A stretch of 45,576 nucleotides of DNA from a virus, in IMG/VR virus record IMGVR_UViG_3300022561_000019, positions 1 to 45,576 of that record; one strand, given 5' to 3'. The notes below the pieces were generated by a model that saw only the letters and a list, made by a program, of their open reading frames with translations, did not search any database and was not told the DNA's origin. The position numbers and the translations under genes were made by a program. The number at the start of each line of letters is the position of its first letter. Within the stretch, counting starts at the first letter, position 1. Below are positions 8,888 through 16,332 of this stretch, piece by piece.

Positions 8888-9319
8888 ATGGATAAAGGAA
8901 CTTCAATTAAAACAGTAATAGCAGTAATGGGGACATGTTTAACGTGGCTGTTCGGTGTGTGGGATACGGCTATAATAGTTTTACTCTTATTCATGGTGCT
9001 TGATTATATGACAGGATTAATAAAGGCATATGTAAATAAAGAGATCTCTTCTGATGTGGGCCTTAAGGGCATAGCTAGGAAGAGTTTAATACTTATAGTA
9101 ATAATTGTAGCGGTTTTGTTAGACAGACTCTTAAATGCGGGCACATGGTTATTTAGGACATTGATATGTTACTTTTACATTGCAAATGAGGGCATTAGTT
9201 TACTAGAAAATTGTGCTCAGTTAGGGTTACCCATACCAGAAAAATTAAGAGATGCACTAGTACAGTTACAGGCTGGTAATAAAAAAGGCGCTAAAGAGGA
9301 GGAGAATAAAGTTGAATAA
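8888..9319 (+). CDS. Holin (phi29/TcdE-like holin_4_1 type)
   Basis: 143 aa, about 3 TM helices. Motif YFYIANEGISLLENCAQLGLPIPEKL. Overlaps the endolysin start. Confidence 0.85.
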   Translation: MDKGTSIKTVIAVMGTCLTWLFGVWDTAIIVLLLFMVLDYMTGLIKAYVNKEISSDVGLKGIARKSLILIVIIVAVLLDRLLNAGTWLFRTLICYFYIANEGISLLENCAQLGLPIPEKLRDALVQLQAGNKKGAKEEENKVE

Positions 9320-10106
9320 AGTTTGGATTGATGATGGACATGGCGGAAGTGATCCAGGAGCTGTTGCTCTTGGGCTAGTAGAAAAGTCAATTAACTTGGT
9401 AATGTCTTTATCCTGTAAAGCAGAACTAGAAAGACATAATGTATTGGTGGGAATGACAAGACTAGGTGATGCTACAGTATCACTTACACAAAGAGCAACG
9501 CTAGCCAATAATTGGGGAGCTCATTATTTTATATCTATCCATAACAATGCTGGTGGAGGTGATAGGGGAGAGGTTATTCATTCTGTTAATAATGGTAAAG
9601 GATTAGAACTAGCTAATAAAATAGCTATAAAAATAAAAACAGAAACGCAGCAAGATTTTGTGAAAGTATACTCAAGACCTTCAACTAGCAGCCCTAATAA
9701 AGATTACTATTCGGTAATTGCTAATACCAAGATGCCAGCAGTTATAGTGGAGGGTGCATTCTTAGATAATCACTTAGATAATAACGCTATAGACACTGTA
9801 GAAGAGCAAAAGGGTTTTGGGGTTGCAATTGCTCATGGCATATTAAATCAGCTTGATGTGGCTATAAAATCAACTATAAAGCCTATAGTTATAGTTCCTA
9901 TAGAAGAAAAACCTTTTGTTGTCCCAGCAAATAATTTAATTCCACCAACTGGCCCAAATATTACATTGTTAAACGGTGGCGGATGGATTGAACATGCAGC
10001 GGATGGCAGAGTTATAACACATCAATCAAGATCAGTATATTTTGCGATAACCGCGGATGGTCATTTAGATTTTACTGTTAATGGAGTTTGCACAAGATTA
10101 AAATAA
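9312..10106 (+). CDS. Endolysin, N-acetylmuramoyl-L-alanine amidase (Amidase_3) with an uncharacterised C-terminal domain
   Basis: WIDDGHGGSDPGAV...ISIHNNAGGG...EGAFLDN motifs. TTG start after GGAGGAGAA. Confidence 0.9.
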   Translation: MNKVWIDDGHGGSDPGAVALGLVEKSINLVMSLSCKAELERHNVLVGMTRLGDATVSLTQRATLANNWGAHYFISIHNNAGGGDRGEVIHSVNNGKGLELANKIAIKIKTETQQDFVKVYSRPSTSSPNKDYYSVIANTKMPAVIVEGAFLDNHLDNNAIDTVEEQKGFGVAIAHGILNQLDVAIKSTIKPIVIVPIEEKPFVVPANNLIPPTGPNITLLNGGGWIEHAADGRVITHQSRSVYFAITADGHLDFTVNGVCTRLK

Positions 10107-10123
10107 ATTTTGGAGGTATTAAT

Positions 10124-10321
10124 ATGGATTTAAAAACAAGAATGAAAAACAAATATTTTTGGGTGGCTGCAGTAGCATTAGTTGTTGCTGTAGTTAAACA
10201 AGTCAATCCAACAATTATCCCAGAAAACTATGAAGTTACTGTAAATGTGGTTTTAACATCCCTAGTTGCCATGGGAATACTTTTAGATCCAACAAGTCCT
10301 GGCATAGAAGATAAAGAATGA
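10124..10321 (+). CDS. Second small holin-like membrane protein (phage_holin_1-like)
   Basis: 65 aa from ATG 10124 (SD GGAGGT). KNKYFWVAAVALVVAVV TM helix, a second TM helix, and a C-terminal LLDPTSPGIEDKE tail. Confidence 0.7.
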   Translation: MDLKTRMKNKYFWVAAVALVVAVVKQVNPTIIPENYEVTVNVVLTSLVAMGILLDPTSPGIEDKE

Positions 10322-10324
10322 TTT

Positions 10325-10377
10325 AAAAGACCTGAGGTTAGTTTAAATACTAATTCTCAGGTCTTTTTTTATTTTTT
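10325..10377. terminator. Bidirectional rho-independent terminator closing the late operon
   Basis: AAAA-GACCTGAG...CTCAGGTC-TTTTTTTATTTTTT, with an inner TTAGT/ACTAA extension. Confidence 0.8.
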
Positions 10378-10380
10378 GTA

Positions 10381-10557
10381 TTATGAGTTGAGAGGCTTAT
10401 AAGTATTTTTAGTTACATTAAATTCAACCTGCATATCAATTCTTATGTTTTCAGGAAAGGATCTTGTATACACAAAACATATTTTTTCACCACTCACTAT
10501 TTTAATATAATGTACGGAACTATCGTGGTCCGAATAATCTACTACAGTACCAACCAT
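10381..10557 (-). CDS. Hypothetical 58-aa protein
   Basis: ATG preceded by SD AAGGAGATG. Just below the track cut-off. Sequence MVGTVVDYSDHDSSVHYIKIVSGEKICFVYTRSFPENIRIDMQVEFNVTKNTYKPLNS. Confidence 0.45.
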   Translation of the reverse strand: MVGTVVDYSDHDSSVHYIKIVSGEKICFVYTRSFPENIRIDMQVEFNVTKNTYKPLNS

Positions 10558-10591
10558 TTATAACATCTCCTTTTAAATCACCCTTGGAGTA

Positions 10592-10600
10592 TGCTATAAT
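10592..10600 (+). promoter_or_regulatory. Extended -10 promoter element (TGcTATAAT)
   Basis: Exact TGnTATAAT about 40 nt upstream of a canonical + strand terminator. Confidence 0.3.
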
Positions 10601-10636
10601 TAAATAGACGATACTTTTTAGGTGTTATTTTGCTTT

Positions 10637-10675
10637 GAAGTCTACAAACTCTGGTAGGGGCGTAGACTTCTTTTT
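10637..10675 (+). terminator. Rho-independent terminator (+ strand) inside a minus-strand gene pair
   Basis: GAAGTCTAC, 16-nt loop, GTAGACTTC, then TTTTTATTTTTTT. Confidence 0.5.
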
Positions 10676-10874
10676 ATTTTTTTAAACTTTTTCTGATTTC
10701 TTCAATCGCATTATTATTAAAAAGATAATTTCTCTTTCCAGCACTTCGCATATCCTCAGATTTAATATTCCCATTTTCAAGTAGCATTTTTGCTACGCGA
10801 ATTAAATATGAGGGGTTAATATCTAACATTTCTGATACTTCTTTTGTTATAAACACGTTGTTAACATTATTCAT
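10674..10874 (-). CDS. Small MerR/excisionase-like HTH DNA-binding protein
   Basis: 66 aa from ATG 10874 (SD AAAGGATGA). FITKEVSEMLDINPSYLIRVAK is HTH-like. The longer track ORF (to 10994) lacks an SD. Confidence 0.6.
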   Translation of the reverse strand: MNNVNNVFITKEVSEMLDINPSYLIRVAKMLLENGNIKSEDMRSAGKRNYLFNNNAIEEIRKSLKK

Positions 10875-10908
10875 TTTAATCATCCTTTCATGTGTATATA
10901 GATTATTG

Positions 10909-10962
10909 GTCGCATGTCGTATATGTGACTTAACTTTATTGTACATTGTCGCAAGTCGTATG
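10909..10962. promoter_or_regulatory. Two direct operator-like repeats between divergent HTH genes
   Basis: GTCGCATGTCGTATATG (10909-10925) and GTCGCAAGTCGTATG (10948-10962). Confidence 0.4.
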
Positions 10963-11115
10963 TCAATACAATTTGTAAAAAATAATTTAACCAATTGAGT
11001 TATAGAATCTGAGGTTAGAGGATCTAGCTTCAGGATTTTTTTATTTTTGTTACAAATATAAAGGAATTTAAAACACTTTGGAGAATATTTACATAATATG
11101 AATTGAGGTGGTTAT

Positions 11116-11316
11116 ATGGTTAAAAATAAACTACTACAAATAAGACTAGGTTTAGGTTATAAATTCCAAAAGGATTTTGCAGAATTTTTAGAGATAAACC
11201 ATAAAGATTATAACAGGATTGAAAATAACAATAAACAAGTATATCTTGAAACTGCAATCAATATAGGCCAAAAATTAAATATGAAAATTGAAGATATATG
11301 GTACTTAGAAAAATAA
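11116..11316 (+). CDS. XRE-family (Cro/CI-type) HTH regulator
   Basis: 66 aa. LRLGLGYKFQKDFAEFLEINHKDYNRIENNNKQ fits an HTH_3 pattern. SD GAGGTGG. Confidence 0.75.
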   Translation: MVKNKLLQIRLGLGYKFQKDFAEFLEINHKDYNRIENNNKQVYLETAINIGQKLNMKIEDIWYLEK

Positions 11317-11446
11317 GTATCATATTTTTTTATGATTAAATCTACTACTTAATAGATTATTTATAGTGGACAAGCAACATTTCATGAATTGGTACATAGA
11401 ATGTTATTAGGTAGTAAGGTAAAGAACAATAAACAGGAGGTACAAA

Positions 11447-11596
11447 ATGCCGAAAGTAGAGGTAAGTTTTAAGCAAACATCAAAAGACATGAAGCTATTT
11501 GCAAAAGTAATTAGTGAGGAGGAGAAGTCCGTTTTTGTTAAAAATGCTCTTGAATTTTATATTGAGTATCTAGAAAATAATAAAAAAAGGCAATAA
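11447..11596 (+). CDS. Small ribbon-helix-helix-like protein (49 aa)
   Basis: SD AGGAGGT. MPKVEVSFKQTSKDMKLFAKVISEEEKSVFVKNALEFYIEYLENNKKRQ has a beta-strand then two-helix layout. Confidence 0.5.
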   Translation: MPKVEVSFKQTSKDMKLFAKVISEEEKSVFVKNALEFYIEYLENNKKRQ

Positions 11597-11748
11597 AAAG
11601 AGCCTAACCTGTGTGGTCAGACTTATTCTATCTCGCGAACCCTTACGTCTTGCTACGCTTCAACGCCTCAAGTTAGCTTATGCATCCATTATTTGAAATG
11701 TGCTACTTTTAACACTATATTAATTGTTTATTAACAGAATATTAATAA

Positions 11749-11814
11749 TTATAGGAAAGCTTGAATTAAATCAACTGCAACAATTAAACCCGCGCCAAAT
11801 GCAAATAACAACAT
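11749..11814 (-). CDS. Candidate 21-aa hydrophobic peptide
   Basis: MLLFAFGAGLIVAVDLIQAFL, preceded by SD AAAGGATGTGA at correct spacing. Divergent from the operon promoter. Confidence 0.25.
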   Translation of the reverse strand: MLLFAFGAGLIVAVDLIQAFL

Positions 11815-11837
11815 GAAATCACATCCTTTATACTATT

Positions 11838-11865
11838 TTGATTATATTATGACCCAATATATAAA
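11838..11865 (+). promoter_or_regulatory. Sigma-A-like promoter of the three-gene membrane/ATPase operon
   Basis: TTGATT (11838-11843), 16 nt, TATAAA (11860-11865). SD GGGGGAAG lies before ATG 11886. Confidence 0.4.
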
Positions 11866-11885
11866 TAATTATTCAGGGGGAAGAT

Positions 11886-12305
11886 ATGGAAATATTAATT
11901 ATTAAAAATAATAAAACTATAGTTAATCATGAATTTAAAACATTAAGTAAAAAACATGCTGAGGATATGGAGTTAATTGCAACCAAAATTAATAGCAATA
12001 CTGGGACCAAAAGAGCGGCTATATTTGTGCTAGGTAGTTTACTGTGTTTTAACAATATTGTTGTAGCGGCAGCAAGTAAGGATCCTTTAAAGGCATTACC
12101 TATAGTTGGTGCTAAGATTTTAGATATAGTGCAAATGTTCGGATGGTTTATATGCGCAATAGGTGGTGTAATAACAATTTTAAAAGCTCTTATGGCGGGA
12201 GATACAAAAAGTATTCCCAAAATAATGATGGGATTTGGTATGGGATTTGCTTCACTTTATTTATTTCCAGCATTATTAAATATGATTAAAGATATATTTC
12301 AATAG
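11886..12305 (+). CDS. Membrane protein with pre-pilin-like (VirB2/TrbC-like) layout
   Basis: 139 aa. Hydrophilic leader of about 43 aa, then signal-like helix AAIFVLGSLLCFNNIVVAAA|SKD, then two hydrophobic helices separated by the loop LKALMAGDTKSIPK. Confidence 0.7.
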   Translation: MEILIIKNNKTIVNHEFKTLSKKHAEDMELIATKINSNTGTKRAAIFVLGSLLCFNNIVVAAASKDPLKALPIVGAKILDIVQMFGWFICAIGGVITILKALMAGDTKSIPKIMMGFGMGFASLYLFPALLNMIKDIFQ

Positions 12306-12318
12306 AGGAGGTATCTAT

Positions 12319-12750
12319 ATGTTCCTAAATAGAATGTTAGCAGCCGCACCAACAGAAATAGAAAAAATGTTATTAGAACAACAGGAAACTCTAAGGAAAT
12401 TAGCAGAGATTAAAGTTAATGTAGAAAAACTTAAAAGTGGTAGCATTGGGCAAATGTATGATGCCCCTAATACTCTAAAAACTCCAATTTTTGATATGGG
12501 TAGTATTTCATGGGTTGCAAAAGCTGAGAGTTTTTTTAATGCTACAGATAAGGCTATAAACTGGTTAACGCATCCAGTACTAATAATTAATAGCGTAGCA
12601 GGAATTAGTTTTTATATAGCAGTAGCGGTTGGACTTACTGGCCTTATATTTTATATTGTTGGAATTAAGAAGGGCATGAAATATACTGTAGGAAGTGTGA
12701 TTGGTTACTCTTTAATTCAAATAGTAAACTATGGGGTGAGCTTATTGTGA
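12319..12750 (+). CDS. Membrane protein (N-terminal coiled coil, 2-3 C-terminal TM helices)
   Basis: 143 aa, SD AGGAGG. VLIINSVAGISFYIAVAVGLTGLIFYIVGI and YTVGSVIGYSLIQIVNYGVSLL. 4-nt overlap with the next gene. Confidence 0.7.
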   Translation: MFLNRMLAAAPTEIEKMLLEQQETLRKLAEIKVNVEKLKSGSIGQMYDAPNTLKTPIFDMGSISWVAKAESFFNATDKAINWLTHPVLIINSVAGISFYIAVAVGLTGLIFYIVGIKKGMKYTVGSVIGYSLIQIVNYGVSLL

Positions 12751-15095
12751 TAAGCATGAAATTGTCTAAGTATATTGAAATAGTTTATCCTGTGTACGTG
12801 ACACTTAAAATAGTTCCAGATACTAGCATAAGGAACTACAATTCTAGCACAATTGCAAAGGCCATGAATTACACATATAGGACTATAGCTCAAAGGATTC
12901 ACAAGGAGGAAAAAAAGTTAAAATGGAAAGTTGATGCCCCAGCCAAAATTAGTTTCTTTATAGATATTAAAAAAAATGATGTTAGTTTTTATTTTATAGT
13001 TCCTGAGCGCCATCTAACCTTAATAAAAGAAAAAATTACTAACACATGGCCAAAGGCTGCTATCACAATTGCAAATGAAATTAGCCCCTTTTCTAAAGAT
13101 GCAATTATGTATCAATTAAAATATTCTAAAGAAGATGCTATGAGCCTCAATTTGGATAAGAAGTGTAATGAGCCCTTGAATGGTATTCTAAATGTATTAG
13201 ATGTGCTAGAGGAAGATGACAGGGTGGGAATTTTCTATAATTTTGTACCTGTACAACAAAAGGGGTGGAGGCAAGAGCACCAAAGGACCATGGATAAAAT
13301 TAAAAAGAACGAATTTATAGATAAGGAAAAGTTTAATGCCTGGTTTATTATTAAAAGTGGAATGATGCTATTAATTAATTTAGTTCAAGACTTTATGGAT
13401 ACTCTTGGTGATTTTCTAGGAGCTGAACGCAAAAGTACAACTCTGTCATTGGCAGAGGTAGCTATGAGTAGTTTAATTCTAGAGAACACTAAGAAACCAA
13501 CTAGCGCCACCATGAGCAAAAAGGATTCTACAGTAATAAACACACAAATATTAGTCATATCTGAGAGTGAAGATAAGCAAAGACAAAATAATACTGCTAT
13601 AGGAGTATGTGAAAGCTTCAGCACGATTAATGAAGATAATAAACTAATATATAAAAAAGTAAAAGCAAAAAATATATTTTATGTAAATGATTTAAAAATT
13701 GCTGGGGCAGAAGAAAATAAGTGTAGTATTGAAGAATGTCAAAACTTCCTGGAGCTTCCGGGAAAGGAATTATTAATTCAACATAAAATAATAAAAAAAA
13801 TTGATGCACTAGAAACCAAAGTTCCAGAAGAATTACAAAGTGGAATTATAAGAGCAGGAATAAACATGTATAAGGGTATACCATCAAGAGTTTATCAAAC
13901 AGAGGATGAAGAACTCAGGAATACTATAATGTGCGTTTGTGGACCGAATAGGAGTGGTAAAACCACACTTATAGCTAATATAGTCAAAGATGTAATGGAA
14001 GATGGCAGAAGTGTAATTCTACCTGACTTCTGTGGCAAGTGTGAATTGTCAGATGCACTTGCTCAAGTAATTCCAGCAAACAAAATTATTAATGTAAATT
14101 GTAATGACCTACTGAATGTACAAGGATTTGGATTTAATGAAATAGTACCACATGATGAAAGTATGGAAGCATTATATATTTGTGCTAAGAAAAAGGCTGC
14201 TAAATTAAAAGAGCTTATTAATTTAATCAACTCAGGTGAAAGTGATCTTGAAGGAAGAATGGAAAGATATTTAGAGTTTGCAGCGCTTATAGTATTTGTG
14301 AGTAATGGTCCTGTAAATGATGTATTTAAAATGCTAAAGGATCATGTTCTAAGACATAAATACATTAATAGCATTCCAGAAGAGCTTGAATCAAATATGG
14401 AAGAATATGTGGAAGAATTATTGGAGATAGATGAGATAGGGAAAGCCAAAGAAAATTTAGGGGAGGTAATAGGTACAAAAATGGGGAGCATCTCTGCAAT
14501 ACTAAGTAGGATCCATAGACTTAAAGAAAATGCCTATATAGAAAAAATGTTAAAAAAAGATTGTAAGGACAATATAAATTTAATTGATGCAATGCAAGGT
14601 GGTAAATTGATTTGCATAAGGATGAGCACAGATATGTTTGGCACAAATGCGGAGAAAGATATATTCGTATGTTATTGGATGGTTAAAATGTGGGCAGCTC
14701 TCCAGAAGAGATTTAATGATGTAGAGAGGGAGGACTTAACTCAGGCAGTAATACTTATAGATGAGTTATATCAGGTTAAAAATTGTGAAATATATCTAAC
14801 TAGTATATTAAGCCAAATAGCCAGGCATAGAATTAAAATAATTTTAAGTTGTCACCATCTAGCCCAAATTCCAGTAATTCAGAATGAAATGAAATCCGCG
14901 CTCTGTAGTTATACATTTATAGCTGGAAGCAATAAGAAAAATTTTAATGCTATGAAAGAAGAATTTACTGATAAAGGTTACGAACTAGAAGACTTGCTAC
15001 ATTTAAAAAGACACAATGCATTAAATTTGTTAGCTTATGAGGGAGGATACTGGGCAGGGATAACGCAACTTCCTTCACCAATTAAGAGGATGTAG
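12747..15095 (+). CDS. Large P-loop NTPase of the VirB4/HerA/FtsK superfamily (VirB4-like size and motif spacing)
   Basis: 782 aa. Walker A GPNRSGKTT (nt 13941-13967, aa 399-407). Walker B AVILIDE (from nt 14745). Then RHRIKIILSCHHLAQ. GTG 12747 follows SD GGGGTGAG. Confidence 0.8.
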   Translation: MISMKLSKYIEIVYPVYVTLKIVPDTSIRNYNSSTIAKAMNYTYRTIAQRIHKEEKKLKWKVDAPAKISFFIDIKKNDVSFYFIVPERHLTLIKEKITNTWPKAAITIANEISPFSKDAIMYQLKYSKEDAMSLNLDKKCNEPLNGILNVLDVLEEDDRVGIFYNFVPVQQKGWRQEHQRTMDKIKKNEFIDKEKFNAWFIIKSGMMLLINLVQDFMDTLGDFLGAERKSTTLSLAEVAMSSLILENTKKPTSATMSKKDSTVINTQILVISESEDKQRQNNTAIGVCESFSTINEDNKLIYKKVKAKNIFYVNDLKIAGAEENKCSIEECQNFLELPGKELLIQHKIIKKIDALETKVPEELQSGIIRAGINMYKGIPSRVYQTEDEELRNTIMCVCGPNRSGKTTLIANIVKDVMEDGRSVILPDFCGKCELSDALAQVIPANKIINVNCNDLLNVQGFGFNEIVPHDESMEALYICAKKKAAKLKELINLINSGESDLEGRMERYLEFAALIVFVSNGPVNDVFKMLKDHVLRHKYINSIPEELESNMEEYVEELLEIDEIGKAKENLGEVIGTKMGSISAILSRIHRLKENAYIEKMLKKDCKDNINLIDAMQGGKLICIRMSTDMFGTNAEKDIFVCYWMVKMWAALQKRFNDVEREDLTQAVILIDELYQVKNCEIYLTSILSQIARHRIKIILSCHHLAQIPVIQNEMKSALCSYTFIAGSNKKNFNAMKEEFTDKGYELEDLLHLKRHNALNLLAYEGGYWAGITQLPSPIKRM

Positions 15096-15118
15096 CATAA
15101 GTGCTATATCCTCTTTTT
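15086..15118 (+). terminator. Rho-independent terminator of the three-gene operon
   Basis: GAGGAT-g-TAGCA-taag-TGCTA-t-ATCCTC followed by TTTTT. Overlaps the stop codon. Confidence 0.7.
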
Positions 15119-15253
15119 ATAATACCTTATAAACAGTATATTCATTTTAAGCCTATACTAAAATGCATAGGTAATATCATAAGGGCAATATAGTTAGACA
15201 AGTCTTACAAGCCAAATTTGAGGGTCAGTTTCACAATGAAACTTAAAATTAAT

Positions 15254-15475
15254 CTACTTATTTTTATATACAATTAGTTTTCTCGGAGTTGTATCCAGGG
15301 CCAATGCAATGTCACATAGCAATGTTAATCTTATGTCATATTTACCATTTTCAATTTCAGATAAAAAATTTCTACTTATTCCAACTTTTTTTGCTAATTC
15401 TGTTTGCGTTAGTTTTTTAGCCAGCCTTATTTCTTTGATTTTAAGTCTATATTGGTCCATATCGTAATTATACAA
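15254..15475 (-). CDS. XRE-family HTH regulator
   Basis: 73 aa. LAKKLTQTELAKKVGISRNFLSEIENGKYD. The alternative start ATG 15460 sits 6 nt after a TATAAT, so the mRNA may be leaderless. Confidence 0.75.
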   Translation of the reverse strand: MYNYDMDQYRLKIKEIRLAKKLTQTELAKKVGISRNFLSEIENGKYDIRLTLLCDIALALDTTPRKLIVYKNK

Positions 15476-15581
15476 TGCACTCGTATAACTTGTATACAGG
15501 TAAGTTATGACAGGTGTTGTTACCTTATGTGTCTTGTTTTAACGTTACGTTGAAATTATAATTATTCCATGGGGTGGTAAT

Positions 15582-15734
15582 ATGTTAATACATAGAGTTA
15601 GATTTGGTAGTTCTATGGATAAGAAGCTAGATGAGGGTTTGCGGAAGTTAGCAAAAGAATCAAGAATAACAATATCAAAACTGCTGGATGAAGCCATAGA
15701 AGACCTTTTAATAAAACACTCTGCTGATAAGTAG
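15582..15734 (+). CDS. Small ribbon-helix-helix (CopG-like) protein (50 aa)
   Basis: SD GGGGTGG. MLIHRVRFGSSMDKKLDEGLRKLAKESRITISKLLDEAIEDLLIKHSADK. Divergent from the XRE gene. Confidence 0.5.
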   Translation: MLIHRVRFGSSMDKKLDEGLRKLAKESRITISKLLDEAIEDLLIKHSADK

Positions 15735-15944
15735 GGTGTTTTGTACTTTTATGGGATAATTTAGTGCAAAATTGTCGAAACTGTCGGTGCGCTCGACACT
15801 ATTTAGACTTATAATAAATATGCGATAAATAATTAACAAGAAACTATTGCAAATCTTGAATAAAAACACGAACACTTGTTCTTTACTTATCGTGGATAAA
15901 AGAGTATTATAAATAATTACAGGAGATAAAAAACTGGGGGCGCA

Positions 15945-16145
15945 TTGATAATGAATAAAATAAAATTCTATAAATTAAGATATAAAAATAAAAGAATATT
16001 TTTAGGATATTGCAATTATAAAAATTTTAAATGGTCTTGTATAAAAATAAATGGGTGTCTTTTTCTAGTTATAAATAGTAATTATAGCCAACAAAACAAG
16101 AGCAAGATACTCCATCAGATTTTACGCGGAGAAATAAGCAACTAA
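15945..16145 (+). CDS. Hypothetical 66-aa protein
   Basis: Track ORF with Lys/Asn-rich, low-complexity sequence. SD GGGGGCG is weak. Confidence 0.3.
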   Translation: MIMNKIKFYKLRYKNKRIFLGYCNYKNFKWSCIKINGCLFLVINSNYSQQNKSKILHQILRGEISN

Positions 16146-16225
16146 CACACAACTAACAAAACAGGCTCTAAGGCTTGTGAAATGGTGGTTGCAAATTCTC
16201 AAAGAGATAAAAATAACCAAGTTGA

Positions 16226-16257
16226 AAACCCCACAAACGCTGATGTTTGTGGGGTTT
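16226..16257. terminator. Bidirectional terminator downstream of int
   Basis: AAA-CCCCACAAAC-gctgat-GTTTGTGGGG-TTT. T-runs are present on both strands. Confidence 0.7.
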
Positions 16258-16299
16258 CTTCTTTATAAAAACGTATGAAAATGTATCAAAATTTACTCA

Positions 16300-16332
16300 C
16301 AACTAACATATAACTAACATATAACTAACAAA
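16300..16332. repeat. Three tandem 11-bp repeats (TAACTAACATA-like) next to int; probable arm-type sites of attP
   Basis: cAACTAACATA TAACTAACATA TAACTAACAaa. Two more ACTAACA copies lie at 16141-16147 and 16152-16158. Confidence 0.5.

Noticed and set aside
15945-16145. The 66-aa ORF has a faint resemblance to the core of ImmA/IrrE anti-repressor proteases (...LVINSNYSQQNKSKILHQILRGE).
   Set aside because: The HExxH metal site is absent (HQILR) and the ORF is far too short and low-complexity. I cannot support the call and keep it only as hypothetical.
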